Source of the DNA: Scyliorhinus canicula
Lineage: Eukaryota
Direction of reading: 5' to 3'
NCBI RefSeq assembly: GCF_902713615.1
Contig: NC_052153.1
Span: 142,553,772 to 142,617,771 of the forward strand
DNA length: 64,000 nt
Shown here: piece by piece, positions 36,501-49,334 of the stretch
Layout of the letters: each line of letters starts with the position of its first letter
Position numbering within the stretch: position 1 is the first letter of the stretch
The notes under the pieces: model-generated
What the model saw: the letters and a program-made list of their open reading frames with translations, nothing else
What the model was told of the DNA's origin: nothing
Databases searched by the model: none
Translations under genes and position numbers: made by a program

Positions 36501-38538
36501 AATAGAGAAGGAGAGAGGGGGACTCAGTGACAGACAGCAGCATCTTATAGAGCAGGAGAGAGGAGGACTCAGTGACAGACAGGAGCATCTTATAGTGGGG
36601 GAGAGAGGGGGACCCAGTGACAGACAGCAGCATCTTATAGACCAGGAGAGAGGAGGACTCAGTGACAGACAGCAGCATCTTACTGAGCAGGAGAGGGGAG
36701 GACACAGTGACAGACAGCAGCATCTTATAGAGCGAGAGAGAGGGGGAACCAGTGACAGACAGCAGCATCTTATAGAGCGGGAGAGAGGGGGACTCAGTGG
36801 CAGACAGCAGCATCTTATAGAGCGGGAGAGAGGGGGACTCAGTGGCAGACAGCAGCATCTTATAGAGCGGGAGAGAGGAGGACTCAGTGACAGACAGCAG
36901 CATTATATAGAGCGAGAGAGAGGAGGACCAGTTACAGAGAGCAGCATCTTACTGAGCGGGAGAGGGGAGGACACAGTGACAGACAGCAGCATCTTATAGA
37001 GCGAGAGAGAGGGGGAACCAGTGACAGACAGCAGCATCTTATAGAGCGAGAGAGAGGAGGACCCAGTGACAGACAGCAGCATCTTATAGAGCAGGAGAGA
37101 GGGGGACTCAGTGACAGACAGCAGCATCTTATAGAGCGAGAGAGAGGAGGACCCAGTGACAGACAGCAGCATCTTACAGAGCGGGAGAGGGGAGGACCCA
37201 GTGACAGACAGCAGCATCTTATAGAGCGAGAGAGAGGAGGACCCAGTGACAGACAGCAGCATCTTATAGAGCAGGAGAGAGGGGGACTCAGTGACAGACA
37301 GCAGCATCTTATAGAGCGAGAGAGAGGAGGACCCAGTGACAGACAGCAGCATCTTACAGAGCGGGAGAGGGGAGGACCCAGTGACAGACAGCAGCATCTT
37401 ATAGAGCCAGAGAGAGGAGGACCCAGTGACAGACAGCAGCATCTTACAGAGCGGGAGAGGGGAGGACTCAGTGACAGACAGCAGCATCTTATAGAGCGAG
37501 AGAGAGGTGGACTCAGTGACAGAGAGCAGCATCTTATAGAGCGGGAGAGAGGGGGACTCAGTGACAGACAGCAGCATCTTATAGAGCAGGAGAGAGGTGG
37601 ACTCAGTGACAGACAGCAGCATCTTATAGAGCGGGAGAGAGGGGGACTCAGTGACAGACAGCAGCATCTTATAGAGCAGGAGAGAGGTGGACTCAGTGAC
37701 AGACAGCAGCATCTTATAGAGCGAGAGAGAGGAGGACACAGTGACAGACAGCAGCATCTTATAGAGTGGGAGAGTGGAGGACTCAGTGACAGACAGCCGC
37801 ATCTTATAGAGCGAGAGAGAGGGGACACAGTGACAGACAGCAGCATCGTATAGAGCGGGAGAGATGAGGACTCGGTGTCAGACAGTAGCATTGTATAGAG
37901 CGGGAGAGAGGACTCAGTGACAGACAGCAGCATCGTATAGAGCGGGAGAGAGGGGACACAGTGACAGACAGCAGCATCTTATAGAGCGAGAGAGAGGAGG
38001 ACACAGTGACAGACAGCAGCATCTTATAGAGCAGGAGAGAGGAGGACTCAGTGACAGACAGCAGCATCTTATAGAGTGGGAGAGAGGAGGACACAGTGAC
38101 AGACAGCAGCGTCTTATAGAGCGAGAGAGAGGGGACACAGTGACAGACAGCAGCATCTTATTGAGCAAGAGAGAGGAGGACCCAGTGACAGAGAGCAGCA
38201 TCTTACAGAGCGGGAGAGAGGAGGACACAGTGACAGACAGCAGCATTTTATAGAGCGAGAGAGAGGGGGACTCAGTGACAGACAGCAGCATCTTATAGAG
38301 CGGGAGAGAGGAGGACCCAGTGACAGAGAGCAGCATCTTATAGAGCGAGAGAGAGGAGGACTCAGTGACAGACAGCAGCATCTTATAGAGCGGGAGAGAG
38401 GAGGACCCAGTGACAGAGAGCAGCATCTTATAGAGCGAGAGAGAGGAGGACTCAGTGACAGACAGCAGCATCTTATAGAGCGGGAGAGAGGAGGACTCAG
38501 TGTCAGACAGCAGCATCTTACAGAGCAGGAGAGAGGAG
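33573..38538 (-). repeat. 45-bp minisatellite array B (about 110 units), inverted relative to array A
   Basis: Unit about CAGTGACAGACAGCAGCATCTTATAGAGCGGGAGAGAGGAGGACT, the reverse complement of the array A unit. Confidence 0.98.
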
Positions 38539-38539
38539 C

Positions 38540-40670
38540 ATTCTTGTCTGTCCGCTCCCCCGTGTGAGCCAGCAGTCCTACAAGATAATTTTTATCATGT
38601 GCCCATTAAATTTTCTTTTGTAACCATTGATTATTTCCTTGCACTGGAGCCGGATAAGACAGTCTGCCTCCACGGAGTCTTTAAATTGACAGTTTACAAC
38701 AGCTTTGATGTTGGACCCGGCTTTTGTTCGGAGTCTCATTGGCGTGCGCATCAGCGCATCATGGAAAACATTCCTTTTGGATCGCCATGCATTGCACAGA
38801 GGCTGCAGAACAAGAACATTTATAGAACCTCGAGGCAGTATCGAAGTAACTAGCTTCATCTGAGAGAGAATATGCCAGATTGAAAAAGAAGATCTTGTGG
38901 TGATATTCGGTGATTTCATCAATACATTTATGGGCGCCACTTATTTGTCGTCACCAATTGCCATCCATCGATAGGCCTCTTCCATGAAGACAAGGTAATA
39001 CCGCCAATAGCGTCTACAAGTTATTAGTTGCTTATAATTACTCTTTTGAACACCGCACAGGGACCCAGATTGTGTCTGCAGATCCGTTGAGCTGTCTTCC
39101 CCAGCAGATCGAATCCACAAACCCTACTGCAGTGGATGAAGTGATCACTGTCCTGAACTTCATGGACTCCTTTGCCGTCACTGTCTCATGTGTGTTTGTG
39201 ACTGGGTGCAAACCGACCCTGTACTTGCCAAATGCGTCATCTGGTGCTATGCGGTGGACAGCATCGGCAGCTACCAGTGTGGCTGAAAGGCTTTTCCTCA
39301 AAATGGTCAGAGTTGACTGTGGAGGATGGTAATAATAATAATATCCTCCTGTGGGGCACCAGAGTTGTAGATCCGGTGAAGGTACAGGATGCCATGCTGA
39401 AGGACCTTCACAACGGACATCCTGGAGTGTTCAAAATGAAGATGCTGGTGAGAAGCTATGTCTGCTGGCCAAGGTTGGACACGGATATTGAGACGTTGGC
39501 TCAGCAATGCTCCATCTGTCGAGTACACCAGAAGTTCCTCGCGACGGCACCCCTACATGCTTGGATATGAATGTCGTCCCCATGGGCCTGCCTGCATACT
39601 GATTTCGCTGGTCCCTTCTTGGGTTCAATGTTTCTTGTACTGGTGGATGCCTACTCAAAGTGGCTGAAGGTCCACAAGATGGCGTGGGCGGTGTGGGGCA
39701 TATTGGTTAGCACAGCTGCCTCACAACTCCAGGGTCCAATTCCGACTTCCGGTGACTGTGTGGAGTTTGCACGTTCTGCCCATGTCTGTGTGGGTTTCCT
39801 CCGGGAGCTCCGGTTTCCTCCCACAGTCCAAAGATATGCAGTTTAGGTGGATTGGCCATGCTAAATTGCCCTCAGTGTCCAAAAGGATAGTTGGGGTTAC
39901 TGGGTTACAGGGATAGGATGGAGGCATGTGTTTAAATAGAGTGCTCTTTCCAAGGGCTGGTGCGGACTTGATGGGTTGAATAGCCTCCTTCTGCACTGTA
40001 AATTCTATGATTCTATGGCGACGATCACCTCTCGGGCGGCCATTGAGCGATATTGTACATTTCCTTTCCATCCAAGGAATGCCGGAGGTACTTGTGACCA
40101 TTAATGGGGCCGCTCTCATGAGTGAAGAGTTTGCCGCTTTTGTGAAGAGCAATGGGATTTGCCATGTTCGCAATGCCCCACATCATCCAGCATCGAATGG
40201 TTTGGCAGAAAGAACTGTGCAGAAGGTTAGACGAGGGCTCAAGTAACAGACATCTGGCTCGATGAACACAAGACAGGTAAGATTTTTATTCTCGAACAGG
40301 ACCACACCACGTGCAATAACAGGGGTATCCACCGCTGAGATGTTAATGGGTCATAGACTTCGTTCACAACTCAGTTTGATTCTACCGGACACCGGCAAGA
40401 AGGTGCGTCATAATCAAGATTTGCAAGAGCGTTGCGCAGTTCGCCGTCGGCCTCTTCGCACCTGACAATGTGCTGTTAGTTCGGAACTTCAGCGATGGCG
40501 GTCGCTGGTTTTCTGGGATTGCCGTCCGTCAAACAGGCCCAATCTCATACCAAGTTCGGGTCCGGGAGCAACTAATTCAGTCTCTCTCGACGCCGACATG
40601 CCGACATGCCTGACGTCGTGCCTTCCAACTCTGAAATGGAGACACAGACCTTGGAGGTCTCAGACACTGA
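38540..40670 (+). mobile_element. Decayed Gypsy pol (RT fragment, RNase H, integrase)
   Basis: PDKTVCLHGVFKLTV; LHNGHPGVFKMKMLVRSYVCWPRLDTDIE...CSIC (HHCC zinc finger); PWACLHTDFAGPF; APHHPASNGLAERTVQ. Confidence 0.9.
39685..40014 (+). mobile_element. HE1-type SINE in the Gypsy integrase
   Basis: ATGGCG duplicated at 39679-84 and 40015-20. Confidence 0.85.
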
Positions 40671-40674
40671 CTCC

Positions 40675-43560
40675 AGCACAGTGGTTAGCACTATTGCTTC
40701 ACAGCGCCAGGGACCCGGGTGCCATTCCCAGCTTGGGTCACTGTCTGTGGCAGATAAATGTTCCAGGGTTTAGATGTTTCAGGCGGTATAGAGTGGGAGG
40801 TAAAAGGAGTGGAGGGACGCTACTGGTCAGGGAGAGTATCACAGCTGTACGATGGGAGGACACCTCAGAGGGCAGCGAGTCTATATGGGTAGAGATCAGG
40901 AATAAGAAGCGTGCAGTCACAATGTTGGGGGTTTACTATAGGCATCCCACTAGCCAGCGGGCGATAGAGGAGCAGATAGGTAGATAGATTTTGGAAAGGA
41001 GTAGAAGCAACAGAGTTGTTGTGATGGGAGACTTTAACTTCCCCAATATTGACTGGGACTCACTTAGTGCTTGGGGCTTGGATGGGGCAGAGTTTGTAAG
41101 GAGCATCCAGGAGGGCTTCTTAAAACAACATGTAGATAGTCCAACTAGGGAAGGGGCTGTACGGGACCTAGTATTGGGTAATGAGCCCGGCCAGGTGGTA
41201 GAAGTGTCAGTAGGGGAGCATTTTGGGAACAGGAACCACAATTCAGTAAGTTTTAAAGTGCTGGTGGACAAGGATAAGAGTGGACCTAGGGTGATGTGCT
41301 AAATTGGGGGAAGGCTAATTATAACAATATTAGACGGGAACTGAAGAACTTAGATTGAAATAAAATGAAAGTGAAAATTGCTTTTTGTCACAAGTAGGCT
41401 TCAAATGAAGTTACTGTGAAAAGCCCCTAGTTGCCAGAACCTGTTCAGGGTGTTTGAGGGTAATTCAACATCTGACATGTGGGATGCTATCAAATGTCAA
41501 TTGAAAGGAATTCAGGACCGTGTGAAGAAGAAGGATAAATATAGCAAATTTCAGAAAGCTTGGATAACGAGAGATACTGTAGGTTTTGTCAAAAAGAAAA
41601 AGGAGGCATTTGTCAGGGCTAGAAGGCTGGGTACAGATGAAGCTTGTGTGGAATATAAGGAAAGTATGAAGGAACTTAAGCAAGGAGTCAGAAGGGCTAA
41701 AAGGGGTCACAAAAAGTCATTGGCAAATAGGGTTAATGAAAATCCCAAGGCTTTTTACACATACATAAAAAGCAAGAAGGGTAGCCAGGGAAAGGGTTGG
41801 CCCACTGAAAGGCCGGGGAGGGAATCTATGTGTGGAGCCAGAGGAAATGGGCGAGGTACTAAATGAATACTTTGCATCAGTATTCACCAAAGAGAAGGAA
41901 TTGGTGGATGTTGAGTGTGAGGGAGGCAAGAGAGGAAATTGCTGAGGTCTTGACAGAAATCTTTGGCTCCTCACTGTCTTCAAGTGATGTCCCAGAGGAC
42001 TGGAGAATAGCCAATGTTGTTCTTTTGTTTAAGAAGGGTAGCAAGGATAATCCAGGGAACTACAGGCCGGTGAGCCTTACTTCAGAGGTAGGGAAATTGC
42101 TGGAGAGAATTCTTCGAGACAGGATCCACTCCCATTTGGAAGCAAGTGGACGTATTAGCGAGAGGCAGCACCGTTTTGTGAAGGGGAGGCCGTGTCTCAT
42201 GAATTTGATAGTTTTTTGAGGAGGTCACAAAGATGACTGATGCAGGTAGGGCAGTGGATGTTGTCTATATGGACTTCAGTAAGGCCTTTGACAAGGTCCC
42301 TCATGGCAGACTGGTACCAAAGGGTGAAGTCACACCGGATCAGAGGGGAGCTGGCAAGATGGATACAGAACTGGCTAGGTCATAGAAGGCAAAGAGTAGC
42401 AATGGAAGGATGCTTGTCTGATTGGAGGGCTGTGACTAGTGTTGTACCGCAGGGATCAATACTGGGACCTTTGCTTATCGTAGTATATATAAATGATTTG
42501 GAGGAAAATTGAACTGGTCTGATTAGTAAGTTTGTGGACGACACAAAGGTTGGTGGAATTGCGGATAGCGATGAGGACTGTCAGAGGATACAGCAGGATA
42601 TAGATCGTTTGGAGACTTGGGCGGAGAGATGGCAGATGGAATTTAATCTGGACAAATTTGAGGGAATGCATTTTGGAAGGTCTAACACAGGTAGGGAATA
42701 TATAGTGAATGGTAGAACCCTCAAGAGTATTGACAGTCAGAGAGATCTAGGTGTACAGGTCCACAGATCAAGTGAAAGGGGCAACACAGGTGGAGAACGT
42801 GGTCAAGAAGGCATACGACATGCTTGCCTTCATTAGCCGAGGCATTGAGTATAAAAATTGGCAAGTCATTTTGCAGCTGTATAGAACCTTAGTTAAGCCA
42901 CACTTGGCGTATAGTGTTCAATTCTGGTCGCCACACTACCAGAAGGATGTGGAGCCTTTAGAGAGGGTGCACAAGAGATTTACCATGATGTTGCCTGGTA
43001 TGGAGGGCAATAGCGATGAGGAGAGGTTGAATAAACTCGGTTTGTTCTCACTGGAACGACGGAGGTTGAGGGGCGACCTGATAGAGGTCTACAAAATTAT
43101 GAGGGGCATAGACAGAGTGGATAGTCAGAGAATTTTCCCATGGTAGAGGTGTCCATTACTATGCAGCATAGGTTTAAGGTGAGAGGGGCAAGGTTTAGAG
43201 GAGATGTAAGAGGCAAGTTTTTTACACAGAGGGTAGTGGGTGCCTGGAACTCGCTGCCGGAGGAGGTGGTGGAGGCAGGGATGATAGTGACGTTTAAGGT
43301 CATTTTGATAAATACACGAATAGGATGGGAATAGAGGGATAAGGACGCCGGAAGTGTAGAAGATTTTAGTTTAGACAGGCAGCATGGTCGGCACAGGCTT
43401 GGAGGGCTGAAGGGCCTGTTCCTCTGCTGTACTTTTCTTTGTTCGTTGTTCTTTGTGTATCCGAACAGGCGCCAGAATGTGGCGACTGGGGGATTTTCCC
43501 AGTAACTTCATTGCAGTGTTAATGTAAGCCTACTTGTGACAGTAATAAAGATTATTAGTT
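40675..43560 (+). mobile_element. Alternative-tail SINE split by a CR1 (head 40675-40750, tail 43455-43560)
   Basis: Head stops at CACTGTCTGTG; tail GTGTATCCGAACAGGCGCCAGAATGTGGCGAC...TAATAAAGATTATTA follows the CR1 tail. Confidence 0.7.
40750..43454 (+). mobile_element. CR1 LINE ORF2 (APE endonuclease part, RT, tail), frameshifted; SINE tail inserted at about 41355-41448 (-)
   Basis: GVYYRHP, VVMGDFNFPNIDW, NYRPVSLTS, VDDTK, QFWSPHYQKD. Confidence 0.92.
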
Positions 43561-43574
43561 CAGCCACCTGTCGC

Positions 43575-44255
43575 TGAAGGTAAGTAAGCAGGTGCAGCAG
43601 GCGGTAATGAAGGCTAATGGTATGTTGGCCTTCATTGCGAGAGGTTTCGACTACAGAAGCAGGGATGTGTTGCTGCAATTATACAGGGCCTTGGTGAGGC
43701 CACATCTAAAGTATTATGTGCAGTTTTGGTCTCCTTCTCTGAGGAAGGATGTTGTTGCTCTCGAGGGAGTGCAGCGAAGGTTTACCAGACTGATTCCAGG
43801 GATGGCGGTCTGTCATATGAGGAGAGATTGACTAGGTTGCGATTGTTCCCGCTGGAGTTCAGAAGAATGAGGGGGGATCTCATGGAGATTTATAACATTT
43901 TAATGGGACTAGACAGGGTAGATGCAGGGAAGATATTACTACTGATGGGTGTGTCCAGAACCAGGGTTCACAGTGTGAGGATTCAGGGTAAACTATTTCG
44001 GACAAATATAAGGAGACATTTCTTCACACAGAGTGGTGAGCCTGTGGAATTCATTACCACAGGAAGTAGTTGATGCTAAAACTTTGAATATATTCGATAT
44101 AGCACTTGGGGCGAATGGGATCAAAGGCTATGGGGAGAAAGCAGGATTAGGCTATTGAGTTGGATGATCAGCCATGATCGTGATGAATGGTGGAGCAGGC
44201 TCGAAGGGCCAAAAGGCCTCCTCCTGCTCCTATCTTCTATGTATCTATGGATCTA
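43575..44255 (+). mobile_element. CR1 3' fragment
   Basis: LYRALVRPHLKYYVQFWSP; (CTATGTAT)-type tail. Confidence 0.88.
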
Positions 44256-44492
44256 TGTAATATCCCGTTCGGGACCTACAGGGTGGGAATGCTTGTCGTC
44301 CCCATGCTCCTATTGGAGTACCGACTCCCCTGCTAGTTGCGGGGTATGTCAATTACCCAGGGTTTATAAGGTCAGTCAGTAATGCACTGACCAAGCAGGA
44401 ATCCAATTGGGTTTACTGGGAAGTATATATATAATATGTAAATAAATATTCTTATTTTTACTCTGTGATGGCTCCCGGTGTCCTTACTAAAA
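44256..44492 (+). mobile_element. Probable LTR, possibly the 3' LTR of the Gypsy at 38540
   Basis: Starts TGTAAT, has TATAA and AATAAA, about 235 bp; 3' CA end degenerate. Confidence 0.5.
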
Positions 44493-44494
44493 TG

Positions 44495-45240
44495 TTGCCA
44501 AGCCCTTCTGCTATCTACAGCCTGACTTCCTTTTACAATCTACGATGCAAGCTATCCGGACCACATGTCAAATACCCTCATGCCTAACTCGCCTTACCAG
44601 TAATTCTTCCTTTTCCATTTTCACACTATCTATTGCCTTCACTATCTTCGCTGCTGCCAATATCGTGTCAGATTCCTCTTAGTAAACAGCAATAGAAAGA
44701 TTCTACCATTTCACTGTGTCTCTCAGTATATGTCACCTTCTTTATCCCTTTTAGGACCCACCCACCTATTTTTAGCCACTTACTATTCATATACGTTTAG
44801 AATATTTTTCGGGTCCCTTTTATGTTGACTGCCTCTCTGTTCTCATCTCTCTCTCTGTCAGTTTTATTTTCCTCTCCATTTCCTCTCTCAGCTTATTGTA
44901 CTTGATCTGGTTCTCAATTGAAGAATTCACCTGACATGCAGCATACACCTTTTTTCCTTCGTCACCGAAGGAGCCCTGTGTTTTGCCCCCCTATACCTTT
45001 TGCCCTTGTTAGAATGTACCCAACCTGTAGCTGACGCATCTCTTCCTGAAAGATCATCTATTGTTCCATTACCATTTTTCCTGTCAGTCTCGGATTCCAT
45101 TTTACCTTCCCAAGATCCCTCCTGAGTGTATTGAAATGAGCCCTCTCTCAAATTTGACATTCAAGATTAAATTGTTCTTTCCTCTTCTCCATCATAACCT
45201 AAACTCAATGATACAATCACCATTCTTATCTTTTAACAGC
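44495..45240 (-). mobile_element. Highly decayed CR1 ORF2 upstream region
   Basis: Pyrimidine-rich sequence resembling the endonuclease-RT linker of the other minus-strand CR1 copies. Confidence 0.45.
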
Positions 45241-45824
45241 AAATGTGCAAAATAGGTCATCATGGAAGGGGAGGGAGAGTGATGAGCAGAAAATCATGTC
45301 ATCTAAATTTAAACATCTTCATTTTCTTTTTGATGTAATTTGGCAAGTGTTTTCTGCATGTGATATCGTCCTAATTCTCATACTGTCAGATGCAAAACAT
45401 TGAAAATGATTATCTTATGAGTAAACTAACTTTGTGAAAATTTAAGCAATCACCGATTTTACGGTTTGCAATGAATGATCAGAATGCTTATTGCTTGATG
45501 CCACAAATATTGATCTATAGTCCAATAAAATCATGATGTTCCTATGACTTTAAGACTGATATACTCATTACAGTAAGACAATAAACCAAAACTAATATTA
45601 AAAGTCTGAAATAATGTGCCATTATATTCAAGAAATGACTTAATCCAAATTCAGGCAGAAATTACACAGTAATAAGATTGTCAAACTATTGTTAACCAGC
45701 TCAGTGTGATACTTTAAGAACCAATAAACCACTGCAGAACAATAAAATCAGTTATTTATTTCTACCAAGTTTACAGCCTTTTCGACATATAAAACCCCAG
45801 CATATTTGGTGCCTGTGTTGTTGA

Positions 45825-47715
45825 AATGTGAGCATCATTGGTAAGGCCAACATTTATTGCTCATCCACAATTGCCTTCTTGAACCTATTCAGTCTATGTG
45901 GTCTTGGTTCATTCACAGTGCTGTTAGCGAGGGAATTCCCTGATTTTAATCCAGTGATGGTGAAGGAACAGGGATACGTTACCAAGTAGGGAAATCCCAG
46001 GGAATTTCAGACCCATCAGTCTTATGTCTGTGGTAAGCAAAATATTGGAAAGGATTCTGAGAGATATTTACGATTATTTAGAAAAACATAGTTTGATTAA
46101 AGATAGTCAGCATGGCTTTGTGTGGGTCAGGTCATGCCTCACAAGCCTTATTGAATTCTTTGAGGCTGGGACGAGACAAATTGATGAGGGTCGGGCAGTG
46201 GATGTGATGTATATGGACTTCAGTGAGGCATTTGATAAGGTTCGCCATGGTAGGCTCATTCAGAAAGTTAGGGGGCATGAGATAGAGGGAAATTTGGCTA
46301 TCTGGATACAGAATTGGCTGGCCAAAAGAAGACAGCGAGTCGTAGTGGATGGTAAGTATTCTGCCTGGAGATCGGTGACCATTGGTGTCCCGCAGGGATC
46401 TGTTCTGGGACCTCTGCTCTTTGTGGTTTTTATAAATGACTTGGATGAGGAAGTGGAAGGGTGGGTTAGTATGTTTACCAATGAGACAAAGGTTGGTGGA
46501 GTTGTAGATAGTGTTGAGGGCTGTTGTAGGTTATAACAGGACATTGATAGGGTGCAGAGCTGGGCTGAGAAGTGGCAGATGGAGTTCAACCTAGATAAAT
46601 GTGAAGTGATTCATTTTGGAAGGTCGAATTAGAATGCTGAATACAAGGTTAAAGGCAGGATTCTTGGCAGTGTGGAGGAACAGAGGAATCTTGGAGTCCA
46701 CGTACATAGATCCCTCAAAGTTGCCACCCAGGGTTGTTAAGAAGATGTGTGGTGTGTTGGCTTTCATTAACAGGGGGATTGAGTTTAAGAGCCGTGAGGT
46801 TTTGCTGCAGCTTTATAAAACACTAGTTAGACCACACTTGAAATATTGTGTCCAGTTCTGGTCGCCTCATTATCGGATGGATGTGGATGCTTTGGAGAGG
46901 GTACAGAGGAGATTTGCCAGGATGCTGCCTGGATTGGAGGGCATGGCTTATGAAGAATGGTTGTGGGAGCTAGAGCTTTTCTCACTGGAGCAAAGAAGGA
47001 AGAGAGATGAATTAATAGAGGTGTACAAGGTGATGAGAGGCATGGATAGAGTGGATAGCCAGAGACTTTTCCCCAGGGCGGAAATGGCTGTCACGAGGGG
47101 ACATCATTTTAAGGTGATTGGAGGAAGGTACAGGGGAGATGACAGAGGTTGGTTCTTTACAGAGAGTGGTGGGTGTGTGGAATGCACTGCCAGCAGAGGT
47201 GGTGGAGTCTGAGTCATTAGGGACATTTAAGCGACTCTTGGACAGGCACATGGACAGCAGCAAATTGAAGGGGTGTAGGTTAGATTGATCTTAGATTAGG
47301 ATAAATGGTCGGCACAACATCAGGGGCCGAAGGGCCTGTACTCTTCTGTACTGTTCCATGTTCTATGTTCTAAATCAGGACGTTGTGTGACTTGGAGGTG
47401 AATTTGCAGGTGGTGGTGTTCCCATTCTATTGGGGCCCTTCTTCTTCTAGAGGGTAGAGGTTCCAGGTTTAGAAGATACTGTTGAAGGGGCCTTGATGAG
47501 TTTCTGCAGGGCATCTGCTACAACAGATGCCCTGGCTGTTTAAAGTAGTAAAAGGGGTGCCAATCAAGCAAGCTGTTTTGTCTTGGACGGTGTCGTGTTT
47601 TTTGATTGCTTGGAGCTTCACTCATCCAGGCAAGTGAAAAGTACTCCATCACACCCCTGACCCATGTCATTTTGATCATGGATAGATTTGGGGGAATTGG
47701 GAGATGACTCCCTAA
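45825..47715 (-). mobile_element. Old LINE 3' end (45825-45987 and 47373-47715) split by a younger CR1
   Basis: Tail CAACATTTATTGCTCATCC is shared with the SINE at 58170; the sequence continues across the insertion. Confidence 0.6.
45988..47372 (+). mobile_element. CR1 LINE RT and tail
   Basis: SCLTSLIEFF, GVPQGSVLGP, RPHLKYCVQFWSP; (CTATGTT)n tail shared with the SINE at 2222. Confidence 0.92.
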
Positions 47716-48080
47716 CGTTATACAGTGGAATCATACACATCAGATTGTCTATAACTCAAATTACTTAAATGTTACCAAAATGTGATTTATTTTTGTACAG
47801 GCACAATTCAATCTTCGATGTTTGCTTTTTCTATTTGGAATAAGTGTTTTGTTTTCTTTTGATTTATCATGCCATGCCGTTTCCTTGAACATTTGTCAGG
47901 AAGATCACAATAGATTAAAATGATGGAAAAATCCCGAGAATCCCTTGTTCTAATTACAAAACTAGCATAATGACAGGACCACAACAAGCAATATCAATCC
48001 CATTACATCCTGGTCAGAATTTGCACTGCTGTTTGATGGTATCCAAACAGCCCACTGGGTTTAGGTTTCTCGAGGGAAAC

Positions 48081-48333
48081 TGTTATAACCTGCCTGCATA
48101 CCACTGGCTGGGGACTGATGGCAATCCCACAATCCTTAGGGAGTATGAGCGTCCCCAATGAGCGGGGTGGAGAAATCATTAGCAGGTCCCTGCATAAATA
48201 AAGCTGGCCAGTATGGAACCAGCTAGAGAGGAGTGAGCAGCAAGGGAGTTACTGCTGCTGTATATGTTATTATAAATAAAGTTTTCTTTCTGTTCTACAA
48301 ACTCGTGCTGGCTTTTTCATGGCCCTCACAAAA
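48081..48333 (+). mobile_element. Solo LTR with 5-bp TSD
   Basis: GAAAC|TGTTAT...CACAAAA|GAAAC; TATA-like CATAAATAAA and downstream AATAAA. Confidence 0.75.
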
Positions 48334-49334
48334 GAAACACAACTTTGACGAGCTTTCTTAGCTGGGATTTTTTGAAGTATTGTAAAATTTCTACCAAAAG
48401 TAAATCTGAGCTGTTGCCAGAACCCTCCAGCATGTTCAAATATATCATTGACCTTGTTCTTCCTGATAAAATGTGTTTGGTTCAATGCTTTTAATCTTCC
48501 TCTTTCACTTTGTACTGTCACAGATTCTGTTAAGATATATTGCATGCACTTTAAAAAGTTGATGTTTGTTATTAGGCAAGCACCTTTTTACAGAGTTAAT
48601 TTGTATTGTGCCATAAAAAAAATCAATAAAAAAATTGTTGTTGATCATTGTGGTGATAAGTGTTGGCACATTATGGACCTAAAAACTCTGAAAATGTTTT
48701 CTTCACAGAACCAAAATGGTCAAATTATTTTACTCTGTTCAGAGAGGTAGCACACAATAAATATGGCTGTCCAGTTGTAATAAAAATGCTGTTCAGCATT
48801 TTATCTCCCTTTTCCATTATCATTGTAGAGGATCATGTTGCCTGAACAATTATAAATTGCCTTGTGTCCTGTGAAACAAACCCAGCCAACATCAAAATTC
48901 CCAAGATGCTGCACTGGCACAAGCTGTCAGTGCTTTATCTTTGCCAAAGTCTGAAGCTTTTAAAGGCAGTGTAGTCATCTTTAAAATGCACCAGCTTATT
49001 TCTAAATTGCTGGTCAATTGCTAGCAATTGACATCTTAGAAAGCACTTCAGTAGTTTATACTGTGACAGACTTATTGTCGATGCAAGGTCAATAACAATA
49101 CGACGGCAATCAGGCCTGTGAGCAACTGATAATTTTCCTCTTGCCTGAAATACAACTGGTTGACATCTGTGTGATACATCTGTGATGAAAGTAAGAAAGT
49201 GGTACATGCATTGTTTGATATGTACCTGCTGCAGTAATGGTTTTAAAAGCCTGAGTTTAGGTGTGAATATCTGCTGCAGTAATATTTATTAAAACCCCGC
49301 TTTAAATGACAGACAAACTGTGGCTGCAATTATG

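Noticed and set aside
24470-38516. Long repetitive ORFs (MLLSVTESSSLPLYK)n and (RCCCLSLSPPLSRSI)n as real proteins
   Set aside because: They follow automatically from a 45-bp unit lacking stops in some frames; units with indels shift the frame freely and there is no gene structure
24411-38538. CRISPR-like array (conserved half plus variable half of each 45-bp unit) next to an RT
   Set aside because: The variable halves are point variants of one sequence, not unique spacers; there are no cas genes; the context is a vertebrate genome
48709-48748. Small plus-strand exon (TTCACAG...GAG|GTAGCA)
   Set aside because: Weak donor site, 38 bp long, and no recognisable peptide
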